The translations under genes were made by a program, and so were the position numbers. Of a DNA stretch of 64,000 bases, positions 55,345 to 63,371 are shown in pieces (positions within the stretch are counted from its first letter, which is position 1; each line of letters opens with the position of its first letter). The notes beneath the pieces are model-generated. The model made no database searches and was not told the DNA's origin. It was given only the letters and a program-made list of their open reading frames with translations. The DNA comes from an uncultured archaeon (GTDB taxonomy: Archaea; Aenigmatarchaeota; Aenigmatarchaeia; CG10238-14; SCSR01). Location: positions 7,163 through 71,162 of the forward strand of contig CAZICS010000003.1 in the NCBI GenBank assembly GCA_964537835.1. The letters are read 5' to 3'.

Positions 55345-55960
55345 CTACTTCTGCTTCCTTAACCAATTCCTTAAACTTTTCTGCATCAGCCTTACTTCCC
55401 ACTATTTTGCCATAGTGCATGGGAATGGCAACTTTTGGCTTGAAGGAATTCACAGCCTCCGCTGCTTCTTCAGCGTTCATGGTATAAGTTCCTCCGACTG
55501 GCATTAAAGCTATGTCTACTTTCAATTCTTTCATCTCTGGAATAAAATCAGTGTCGCCAGCATGGTAAATCCTTACTCCATCGATTTCAATTATATAGCC
55601 AACCCAATTGCTTGCCTTCGTATGGAAAGCTTTGTTTAGATTATAAGCAGGGACTGTTTCAAACTTGATTCCCTTAATTTCATAGCTCTTTCCTGGAACT
55701 ACGGGAAAAGTTTTTAGTCCGCTAAGCTTTGCTATGCAATCTTCGGTTATCACTACTTGCGTATCCTCTTTTACAAGCTTTTTGATGTTATCGACTGCGC
55801 AATGGTCGTAATGCTCGTGAGTTACAAAGATTAGGTCAGCCTTTTCTGGTTCGGCTGGCAAAACGTAAGGGTCTATGTAGATTACTAGCTTGTCGGAGAT
55901 TTTAAAGGAAGCGTGTCCTAACCATTCGATTTTTATTCCCTTATACTCAAAAACTCCCAT
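55334..55960 (-). CDS. Metallo-beta-lactamase fold hydrolase (UPF0173-like)
   Basis: WLGHASFKI, VTHEHYDH, HAGDT motifs. Confidence 0.75.
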   Translation of the reverse strand: MGVFEYKGIKIEWLGHASFKISDKLVIYIDPYVLPAEPEKADLIFVTHEHYDHCAVDNIKKLVKEDTQVVITEDCIAKLSGLKTFPVVPGKSYEIKGIKFETVPAYNLNKAFHTKASNWVGYIIEIDGVRIYHAGDTDFIPEMKELKVDIALMPVGGTYTMNAEEAAEAVNSFKPKVAIPMHYGKIVGSKADAEKFKELVKEAEVVIL

Positions 55961-56016
55961 AAATTTCTATTGGCTTAGGCTTTTAAAAAATTTAACTTAA
56001 AAAATCGAAGAAAAAT

Positions 56017-56370
56017 TTGATGAAAATCAATAGTTGGGTTCTAGTTTTAGCTTACATGTGTCTAATTTTCATTCTCTCTTCCTTTCCTTTAGAATTTCCA
56101 GAAGTGGTGGATAAGCTTGACCCAACCAAATTTTCTTTACATGTAGTCGAATATTCGATTCTCGGGCTTTTGCTTTTCAAAGCAAGTAGGAATTTTAAAG
56201 CTTCAACTCTTGTTGGAATGGCTTATGGCTTAAGCGATGAAATACACCAATACTTTGTTCCGTTCAGAACTTTTAGCTTGTTTGACTGGATGGCTGATAT
56301 TATCGGGGTAATTCTAGGAGTTTTAATTTTCATGAAGTTAAGGGAAAGAAAAATTTTAACCTTTTACTAA
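56017..56370 (+). CDS. VanZ-like membrane protein
   Basis: 4 TM helices, DEIHQYFVP motif. Confidence 0.55.
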   Translation: MMKINSWVLVLAYMCLIFILSSFPLEFPEVVDKLDPTKFSLHVVEYSILGLLLFKASRNFKASTLVGMAYGLSDEIHQYFVPFRTFSLFDWMADIIGVILGVLIFMKLRERKILTFY

Positions 56371-56434
56371 TTTTAACAATCCTTTCTTTAACAACCCAAA
56401 CATTTTTAAATAACAAATTCCAATTCCTTTTGGC

Positions 56435-57055
56435 ATGCAGGGTAAGTTTATTGTATTTGAAGGCATTACAGGCTCTGGGAAAAAAACTCATATAAAGCTT
56501 TTAGCTGATAGGTTGAAAGCTAAGGGAAAAGATGTTGTAATTTTAAGCTTCCCTGATTATGAGGAAGAAATTGCAAGGTTGACTAAAAGGATTGATTTAG
56601 ACCCGTTTACTCAAAGCTTATTGTTCGCTGCAGATAGGGCAAGACATCAAGAAAGAATAAGGAAATTTTTGGGAGAAGGGAAAGTAATTTTAGCAGATAG
56701 GTATTGCTACAGCAATTTTGCTTATCAAAGTGTAAAAGGAGTTCCTTTAGAATGGCTAATCGAAATTGAAAAACCCATAATTAAGCCGGATTTGGTTATT
56801 CTAATCGATGTTCCGGTTGAGATGAGCGTTAAGAGAGTTATGCAATCCAGCATCGAAGATTTTACCAAGCAAGAAATCATTTCAAGGCTTGAAAGAGAAA
56901 AGGAGAATTTGGAAAAGATTAGGGAAACTTATTTGAAGCTTGCTGAAACGGATAAAGAAACTAAATGGTATGTCATAGATGGATCAAGAGATATAAGCGA
57001 GAATCATGAAGAGATTTGGAAAATCGTGGCAAAGGAAGTTGGAGTAGAAGGATGA
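56435..57055 (+). CDS. tmk: Thymidylate kinase
   Basis: FIVFEGITGSGKKT P-loop, DRY motif. Confidence 0.8.
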   Translation: MQGKFIVFEGITGSGKKTHIKLLADRLKAKGKDVVILSFPDYEEEIARLTKRIDLDPFTQSLLFAADRARHQERIRKFLGEGKVILADRYCYSNFAYQSVKGVPLEWLIEIEKPIIKPDLVILIDVPVEMSVKRVMQSSIEDFTKQEIISRLEREKENLEKIRETYLKLAETDKETKWYVIDGSRDISENHEEIWKIVAKEVGVEG

Positions 57056-57109
57056 ATTCTCCTCAAGAATTAAACTTTTTTAAATCATGGGGTTAAAAAT
57101 ATATAAAGT

Positions 57110-57246
57110 GCCCCCGTCGTCTAGTCCGGCCAAGGATGCTGGCCTTTCGATTGAGTTCGAAAGGTTTGATTCCAAGATGAAAGCCAGCGACCCGGGAAAT
57201 ATAGAGTGTAACTCTATATTCGGGGATTCAAATCCCGGCGGGGGCA
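57110..57246 (+). tRNA. tRNA-Glu(UUC) with two introns (37/38 and 53/54)
   Basis: Acceptor GCCCCCG/CGGGGGC. Anticodon arm CTGGC-CTTTCG[57150-57181]A-GCCAG. T arm CCGGG[57197-57226]TTCAAAT-CCCGG. Confidence 0.75.
57165..57183 (+). other. Conserved intron block TTTGATTCCAAGATGAAAG (copy 3 of 3)
   Basis: See 39220-39237. One extra C. Confidence 0.6.
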
Positions 57247-57530
57247 TATTTCTTTAGAAAATTGGAGATTTTTTCTTTTTTATGAGAAAGGACCATAAAA
57301 GGTAAGACATGGTTTTTGATGAATTCAAAATTTTTCCTTGAAACTAAGAATTCTAGTGCAAACCATCTTCCTTTAATAACTCTATTTTCTTTTCTAAAAT
57401 AACTCTCTCCTTCTCTTTCAGTTATACTTACTGAACAGTTTAAAAGCCTTCTTATCCCTCTTGCTAGTTCCGTTTGATCTTTCTCGAAGTTTATCTCGAT
57501 GTTTATATTTATACCTCTTAAGACTATATT
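57228..57530 (-). pseudogene. Start-less remnant resembling the C-terminal half of a LAGLIDADG endonuclease
   Basis: 100-codon open frame ...ELARGIRRLLNCSVSITEREGESYFRKENRVIKGRWFALEFLVSRKNFEFIKNHVLPF...KYAPAGI*. It ends on the complement of the tRNA-Glu T-loop TCA (57228-30). Not in the ORF track. Confidence 0.4.
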
Positions 57531-57651
57531 TTATTATTTTGAAATAATTTGTATAAATATTTTTCTATATGGAATTCTAGGACCGATTTCTTAACAAAAT
57601 GAAAACTCTGATAAATTTTTAAAAGTTCTTTTAGAGAAAAATTAAATTAAG

Positions 57652-58344
57652 ATGGCTTGGGAGAGGTATTTTGCTTCAATCTACCAAGCTATCCTCATTT
57701 CCTTGACAGAAGTGTGGAGAAAATTTTTTGCAAACTTACCAAACTACTTTTCAGCATTAATAATTTTGCTGGTCGGCTATGCTGTAGGAAGAATAATAGA
57801 AAGGTTAGTCTACATTCTTTTTAGAAAATTTTTAAACTTAGAAGGCTGGCTTAAGAGGAAAAAGCTAACAGGAGCCATTTACAAATTAGAAATTTCAAGA
57901 CTCATTTCTTTAATGGCAAAGTGGTATGTGTACATTCTCTTCTTAGCTCAGGCAATTCTCTTCATCAACCTTCCTATTCTAACTTCATTCTTCAGCATGC
58001 TAATAGAGTATCTGCCTAGAATATTTGCATCGATAATCATCTTTATCCTAGGTTTTCTCTTGGGAGAAATAATTAAGCAAGAGATTATGAAATCGGATTA
58101 TGCTTATAGGAAAGAATTAGGGTCTGCAGCTAAATACCTAATAGCTTACCTAGTGCTCATCATAACTTTGCAAAACATAGGGTTCGACGTAAGCATTTTA
58201 ATTGAGTTACTTAAAATAGCCCTTGCAGGTTTTGTGATAACTCTTTCTCTAATAATCGGGATAGGAGTGGGTTTTGCCTACAAGAAGGAGATTGGAAATT
58301 TGGTTAAAGATTTGGTTAAAAAGCAGAAGAAAAAGAGGAAATGA
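57652..58344 (+). CDS. Polytopic membrane protein, unknown function
   Basis: About 5 TM helices and a Lys-rich tail. Confidence 0.45.
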   Translation: MAWERYFASIYQAILISLTEVWRKFFANLPNYFSALIILLVGYAVGRIIERLVYILFRKFLNLEGWLKRKKLTGAIYKLEISRLISLMAKWYVYILFLAQAILFINLPILTSFFSMLIEYLPRIFASIIIFILGFLLGEIIKQEIMKSDYAYRKELGSAAKYLIAYLVLIITLQNIGFDVSILIELLKIALAGFVITLSLIIGIGVGFAYKKEIGNLVKDLVKKQKKKRK

Positions 58345-58357
58345 ATGGCTTGATTCT

Positions 58358-59617
58358 ATGCACAATCCTCTTTCTTTAAAGCCAAGATGGCTTATATCGA
58401 TAATCCCTTACAAGCTAGTAATGGCGATAATGAGCACTCTAATCATCCTTTATGTTATCGATGTTGGAGGAAGGGCAGAAGAGGTTTCTCTCACAGTAGC
58501 TACTCTAACCCTAGGTGGGCTGATTGGCTCGCTCCTATGGAGCTATTTAATAAACAGAGCGAAGAATAAATTGGGTTTCTATCTCCTAGGATACCTAGGT
58601 TTAATCTTCCCTTCTTTAATTCTTTATTTTTCACAGGATTTCCTCCTGATTTTAATCTCAGCATTTTTCTTCTCCTTCGTAACTGCCTCAACTTACTTTG
58701 CTGGCCTTTTCATGATTTCTAAGACTAAAAAAGGGATGGATAAAATGATTGGAAGGTTTGAAGAGGTAGGAGGATGGGCATGGGTTGCTGGGCTTGTGCT
58801 CGGAACTTTGCTCACAAGCTTTTTAAATTTAAGAACAATTTTCCTGATCCTAGGAATTCTTTCACTTCTCTCGATTCTTCTGATAGTTCCATCTCTTGAA
58901 AGAAAGCTTCTCGTAAAATTCAAGGAAAAGATTAAGGAAGAAGAACTAGGATTGTTGCCCATGGTAGAAAGGGGGGTAGAATTTATATTAAAAGAAGAGG
59001 AGTTTGTCGTTCATCATTTTTTCAGAGGGCTTGGGGCTGTAGTCAAAGGACCGCTCTCTCTAACCCATCCTATAGTAAAAATAGGTTTACCCAAAACCCA
59101 TATTTACTTCCATCTCTCTTTTCTTTTACTCTTTATTTCTTTTGGATTGGTTAGCTCCCAAATCATAAATTTCCAAAAGCAAAATGGTTTGAGCGATAGC
59201 CTAGTGTTTATGTTTAGTTTACTGAGTTCTGTTGTCGCTGCAATCTTTTACTCTAAGGCTAGTAAAACGAAAAATCTGGAAAAAACTCTGAAGTGCATGT
59301 ATGCCTTGCGTGGATTAATGTTTCTAGTGGTTGGCATACCATTTCTTCTTTTCTATCCATTCATTTACTTCTTGTTCTTTACTTTCTTCTTAGTAGATGG
59401 GTTTACATGGGCCCACATACTAATCCTTTCAAACTCCAACATCCTTAGGGTTGCTAAAGGGGAAATAGGCCTTAACAATTTCTTCCGTTCAATCGGCTTT
59501 ATCATAGGTAGTTTTCTTGCCGGCATCGTTGTCTCGAGCTTAGGATTTTTCACCAATTTTTTAATGGCCTCGATAATTGTTTTTATGGTTGCACTAATTT
59601 TCAAGAAGATGGGATAG
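58358..59617 (+). CDS. MFS-type transporter (start trimmed to MHNPLS)
   Basis: About 12 TM helices. The long form overlaps the upstream gene. Confidence 0.55.
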   Translation: MHNPLSLKPRWLISIIPYKLVMAIMSTLIILYVIDVGGRAEEVSLTVATLTLGGLIGSLLWSYLINRAKNKLGFYLLGYLGLIFPSLILYFSQDFLLILISAFFFSFVTASTYFAGLFMISKTKKGMDKMIGRFEEVGGWAWVAGLVLGTLLTSFLNLRTIFLILGILSLLSILLIVPSLERKLLVKFKEKIKEEELGLLPMVERGVEFILKEEEFVVHHFFRGLGAVVKGPLSLTHPIVKIGLPKTHIYFHLSFLLLFISFGLVSSQIINFQKQNGLSDSLVFMFSLLSSVVAAIFYSKASKTKNLEKTLKCMYALRGLMFLVVGIPFLLFYPFIYFLFFTFFLVDGFTWAHILILSNSNILRVAKGEIGLNNFFRSIGFIIGSFLAGIVVSSLGFFTNFLMASIIVFMVALIFKKMG

Positions 59618-59619
59618 CT

Positions 59620-59760
59620 TTAACTATACTTCTTAAATCCAATCTTTTTAGCAATCTCCCTAAAGCATTGCCTACAATAGTACAAACCATACTTCCTAAT
59701 AACCCCTCTAGTTTTACCGCATCTCCTGCATTTGATTACATCCCTTCGCTTCCTAACCAC
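59620..59760 (-). CDS. rps14: 30S ribosomal protein S14 (uS14, zinc type), short, GTG start
   Basis: Not in the ORF track (46 aa). [46 protein letters not shown]. Expected position downstream of L5. Confidence 0.8.
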   Translation of the reverse strand: MVRKRRDVIKCRRCGKTRGVIRKYGLYYCRQCFREIAKKIGFKKYS

Positions 59761-59938
59761 CTACATCACCAAAAATTTGAAGAAAATCTATCTCATCCAG
59801 CTCCCCAAAAGCCTCTATCTCAAAAATCTTTCTCATAGCTTGTAAATAAACCTTCTTAAAATTCTTTTGTAATTCAGCTTTCCTTAAAATTACTCCTACT
59901 AGCTTACCTATCTCTTCAACCCTCAACCTCAACACCAA
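59753..59938 (-). CDS. Orphan 61-aa ORF filling the L5-S14 spacer
   Basis: Overlaps the L5 end by 23 nt and the S14 start by 8 nt. Amphipathic helical sequence. Confidence 0.3.
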   Translation of the reverse strand: MVLRLRVEEIGKLVGVILRKAELQKNFKKVYLQAMRKIFEIEAFGELDEIDFLQIFGDVGG

Positions 59939-60437
59939 AAGTTTTTTTAACCCATTCTATAGCTTCTTCCTTACTAATTCTATGCTCCTTAGGTATTTTT
60001 CTTTTTTGAACTTTTCTCCTTTTTATTCTAAATCCAGGTCTCTCAAGAGTCACGCAAACATCCATGCCCAACATCCCTATTTCTGGCTTATATTTTACTC
60101 CAGGTAAATCTATATATTCTTTTATTCCAAAGCTGAAATTTCCTTCTTCGTCAAACCATGAAGCTTTTAACTTATTGTCTATTGCTGCAAAAGCTTTTTT
60201 AAGAAATTCCAAAGCTTTTTTCTTCCTTAAAGTAACTTTTACTCCTATTGGCTTGCCTTTAGCGATGCCAAAAGTTGACCTTCTTTTCGATTTGGTTATT
60301 AGAACTTTTTCTCTTCCAGTCAAGTATTTCAAGAGCTTTTCTGCCTTCTCTACTTTTTGCAAATCTCCTCCACACCCTATATTCAAAACAACCTTTTCTA
60401 TTCTTATTTGCCTCATAGGATTTTGCATTTTAGGCAC
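59916..60437 (-). CDS. rpl5: 50S ribosomal protein L5 (uL5)
   Basis: NPMRQIRIEKVVLNIG..., operon position. Confidence 0.9.
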   Translation of the reverse strand: MPKMQNPMRQIRIEKVVLNIGCGGDLQKVEKAEKLLKYLTGREKVLITKSKRRSTFGIAKGKPIGVKVTLRKKKALEFLKKAFAAIDNKLKASWFDEEGNFSFGIKEYIDLPGVKYKPEIGMLGMDVCVTLERPGFRIKRRKVQKRKIPKEHRISKEEAIEWVKKTFGVEVEG

Positions 60438-61137
60438 CTATTTCAATCAAAGGCTTTTCCTTCCCAACCACGATCACATAATCTTTTCTGATTTCCAATT
60501 CTTTTCCTTCTAACTCGCAAACAATCTTACTTGACTCTCTCAAAGCCCTCCTCTTAACTATCCTCTTAATTTTAGCAATTTTTCCTGCATTCTCTCCTTT
60601 AACGAGCAAAGCTAATGCCCCCTTCTCGAATTTTACATGTTTCAAGATTTTCTGAGAAGGCAGCTCAATCAAAAGAGAATCTCCGGTCTTATACTCATCC
60701 TTCTCGACTAAAATATTTCTTCCATCGTGTAAGTTTAACTGAAGCTTTCCTCCCTTCACATAAGTTTTATTATCTATCCTACAAATCTTCACCTTACTTT
60801 CCTTCTTCGGAATTTCCTGCAGCACTAAGCCTTTCTTCCCAACCAAAATCCTGAAATATTTTTCTATTTTCGGTATTGCGATAACATCCATCAAGCCTGC
60901 AGGATAGGCATGATCCCTCCTTGGTCTTCCATCGACCAAAATTTCTCCTCTCTTTATAATCTTTTTTGCTTCTTTTCCAGTTTCAGCAAGTTTCAAGATA
61001 TCTCTAACTATTACTAGCAGCGGAATGCATTCAAACTTTTTATGCGGTCCTGGCCTTGGAGAGACTGCAAACTTTGCAAGCTTTTTTGGCAATCTCCAGA
61101 ATTCGGGAGCTAATAACCTTTTAAGCTTCTTTACCAT
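60430..61137 (-). CDS. rps4e: 30S ribosomal protein S4e (eS4)
   Basis: [15 protein letters not shown]...PGPH..., 235 aa. Confidence 0.9.
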   Translation of the reverse strand: MVKKLKRLLAPEFWRLPKKLAKFAVSPRPGPHKKFECIPLLVIVRDILKLAETGKEAKKIIKRGEILVDGRPRRDHAYPAGLMDVIAIPKIEKYFRILVGKKGLVLQEIPKKESKVKICRIDNKTYVKGGKLQLNLHDGRNILVEKDEYKTGDSLLIELPSQKILKHVKFEKGALALLVKGENAGKIAKIKRIVKRRALRESSKIVCELEGKELEIRKDYVIVVGKEKPLIEIGA

Positions 61138-61510
61138 AGCCTCTCCTCTCTAGTATTTTAACTCTTCTTTTATCCTCAAGGTTTAAATTTATTATTCTTA
61201 GATTCGAAGGATGAATCGGAACTAGCCTTTCGGTTCCGTCTGTTCTTTTTCTAGTTATTCCTTCTACGTAAACTTTGTACTTTTTTGTATCAACTCTTAT
61301 AATCTTTCCCTTCCTTCCCTTATATTCACCCCTCATCACTTCTATTTCATCACCTTTTCTGACTGGCAAGCTTCTGGTTTTATACTTTTCTCTCAATTCT
61401 TTCGATAGATGAGCTGCAAGCATCTTTCTCCTTAAATGCAAAGGTGCTTGGTACAAAAATTTTCTTTGCTTCTTTGGTTTCTTAGATTTTGGTCTCTTCA
61501 TATTCTTCAC
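61121..61510 (-). CDS. rpl24: 50S ribosomal protein L24 (uL24)
   Basis: KOW motif [21 protein letters not shown]. Confidence 0.9.
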   Translation of the reverse strand: MKNMKRPKSKKPKKQRKFLYQAPLHLRRKMLAAHLSKELREKYKTRSLPVRKGDEIEVMRGEYKGRKGKIIRVDTKKYKVYVEGITRKRTDGTERLVPIHPSNLRIINLNLEDKRRVKILERRGYGKEA

Positions 61511-61909
61511 CTAAACCACTATCGATGCAATCTTTCCTATTCCAGGAAATCTTTCAACAGCTTCCTTCGCAACCGGCCCTTTAATCTGAGAACCTTTTGG
61601 CTCTCCTCTTTCATCGACTAGCACTGCAGCATTATCCTCAAACTTAATCCTCAAGCCATTAGGCCTTCTGTATTCAGCCCTTTGCCTTATTATAACAGCA
61701 TTGAATAGCTGCTTTCTCAATTTTACATCCCCTTCCTTAACCGTAACTTTAACCATATCCCCGACTCCAGCAGCAGCTCTCCTTCTCCTCTTTCCCTTAT
61801 AACCAAAAACAGAAATTATTTCTAAAAGCTTCGCTCCAGTATTATCTGCACAATTGATAAAACTTCCTACAGGTAAAGCTTTTGTAACCTTTGCTCTTAC
61901 TGCTTTCAT
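61511..61909 (-). CDS. rpl14: 50S ribosomal protein L14 (uL14)
   Basis: CADNTGAK...IRQR..., 132 aa. Confidence 0.9.
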   Translation of the reverse strand: MKAVRAKVTKALPVGSFINCADNTGAKLLEIISVFGYKGKRRRRAAAGVGDMVKVTVKEGDVKLRKQLFNAVIIRQRAEYRRPNGLRIKFEDNAAVLVDERGEPKGSQIKGPVAKEAVERFPGIGKIASIVV

Positions 61910-62253
61910 TTCTCTTCCCTCTCTAAAATTTCAACCACAACAAAATGCTTTGTCTTGCTCAAGGGTCTGCATTCAGCAATCTTAACCCTATCCCCTTCCT
62001 TAGCTGAAATGCATTCAGGATTATAGGCTACTATTCTCGACCCTCTTTTTTCATATCTCTCATACTTTGGAACGTAGTGCAAGTAATCCCTTCTTATTAT
62101 CGCAGTCTTGGGAGCTTTTACTGAAACAACTACTCCTTCCAAAATCTTTCCTCTTATGGACAAGTTTCCATGAAATGGACATTTTGGGTCGTTGCATTCT
62201 TTCGCTGGAGGCTTAACTTCTATGCCTATGTCCCTAACCTTCTTTTTTTTCAT
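61906..62253 (-). CDS. rps17: 30S ribosomal protein S17 (uS17)
   Basis: [16 protein letters not shown]...[14 protein letters not shown]. Confidence 0.9.
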   Translation of the reverse strand: MKKKKVRDIGIEVKPPAKECNDPKCPFHGNLSIRGKILEGVVVSVKAPKTAIIRRDYLHYVPKYERYEKRGSRIVAYNPECISAKEGDRVKIAECRPLSKTKHFVVVEILEREEK

Positions 62254-62528
62254 TTTTTTTCACCCATTTTCTTTAAAATCTCTTGAAGAGAAACGTATAT
62301 TTCAGTTTCTGTGTATATTATTTTCCGAGAGTTGACGGGAGATTCGCTACTTTTATGAGTTTCGTTCATTACTATTGGTAAGGGATATATTATTTCTGAA
62401 TTATCATATGAGATAGAAACTACTAAAGGAGATCCTTTTATTTCAACCTTTTTTACCTCTAGCCCTAATTTCTCCTCTATATAATCTCTTATTTGCTTCT
62501 CTATGGCTTTCGAAATTTTTACTTCCAT
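62250..62528 (-). CDS. Orphan 92-aa ORF inserted between Rpp29 and S17
   Basis: Start 2 nt after the Rpp29 stop. Its stop overlaps the S17 start (ATGA). No recognisable family. Confidence 0.45.
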   Translation of the reverse strand: MEVKISKAIEKQIRDYIEEKLGLEVKKVEIKGSPLVVSISYDNSEIIYPLPIVMNETHKSSESPVNSRKIIYTETEIYVSLQEILKKMGEKK

Positions 62529-62529
62529 C

Positions 62530-62811
62530 CTACCACCTTGGAAATTTTTTCTTTATCCTATCTTCAGGCCTTGCTACGAGCAATTTTCCATCAACTTGTA
62601 CTTTTGTTTTATTAGGCAAGATAAATATAAATATACAATTCTTTTTAGGAATAATTTTTTCTTTTCCCTTAACTTCAATCTTAAAAGTGTTATAAGTTTC
62701 GTCTACTATTCTACCCTTCAAATTTTTAAGCGTAGGATCAGTAGAATCCTTTATCTTTACTTCTAAGCCTATCAATTCATGTCTTACTAGATTTTTTGGT
62801 GTTATTGGCAT
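62530..62811 (-). CDS. rnp1: RNase P protein component 1 (Rpp29/Pop4)
   Basis: HELIGLEVKIKDSTDPTLKNLKGRIVDETYNTFKIE. Confidence 0.85.
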   Translation of the reverse strand: MPITPKNLVRHELIGLEVKIKDSTDPTLKNLKGRIVDETYNTFKIEVKGKEKIIPKKNCIFIFILPNKTKVQVDGKLLVARPEDRIKKKFPRW

Positions 62812-62835
62812 ATACTGAAATTTGTTGAAAAACCC

Positions 62836-63135
62836 TTAAATTATTTCTATTTGCTCTTCGTTATACCCAAGCTTGACTAGGATTTCTTTAATTTTACTCC
62901 TATGGTCACCTTGCAACTCTATATGCCCTTTCTTGAAAGTACCTCCGCATGCGAGCTTTGATTTAAGCTTAGAAACTATTTCTTTAGGATTCTCTCTTAT
63001 TCCTTCTATTATTGTAGTTGGTTTCCCGAATCTTCTTTTTTCCACGTACACCTTTATCTTCTCTGCTTCTCTCTCTATAGTCTTACAGATGCACAATTCT
63101 AAGGGCAACCCACACTTTGGACATACGGCAGGCAT
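62836..63135 (-). CDS. Translation factor aSUI1 (eIF1 homologue)
   Basis: N-terminal Cys cluster plus GKPTTIIEG...LACGGT...ELQGDHR. Confidence 0.85.
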   Translation of the reverse strand: MPAVCPKCGLPLELCICKTIEREAEKIKVYVEKRRFGKPTTIIEGIRENPKEIVSKLKSKLACGGTFKKGHIELQGDHRSKIKEILVKLGYNEEQIEII

Positions 63136-63137
63136 TT

Positions 63138-63359
63138 TTACTTCTTACCCTCTCTCATTTTTTCTTTTTTAATAGTTAACAACCTAGCAATGGTTCTCTT
63201 TAGCTCCCTTATCTTTCCAGGATTCTTAATCGGTCTTCTCATCTTAACGTTTGCCATTTCCTTCATTAGTTCTAACCTTAACTCAGAAATTTTCTTTTCT
63301 ATTTCTTCAAGCTTCATTTCCCTTATCTGTCTAGCTTTCAGTATAGCCATACTCATCAA
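63138..63359 (-). CDS. rpl29: 50S ribosomal protein L29 (uL29)
   Basis: [25 protein letters not shown]... Confidence 0.85.
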   Translation of the reverse strand: MMSMAILKARQIREMKLEEIEKKISELRLELMKEMANVKMRRPIKNPGKIRELKRTIARLLTIKKEKMREGKK

Positions 63360-63371
63360 GAAAAAATGAAT

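Noticed and set aside
59758-59766. In-frame ATG-TAG-GTG at the S14 start, considered as TAG read-through or pyrrolysine.
   Set aside because: TAG is used as a normal stop in well-supported genes, for example S2 at 25920-22 and Mpg at 27673-75. No Pyl machinery is visible in the window. The GTG start is the simpler reading.
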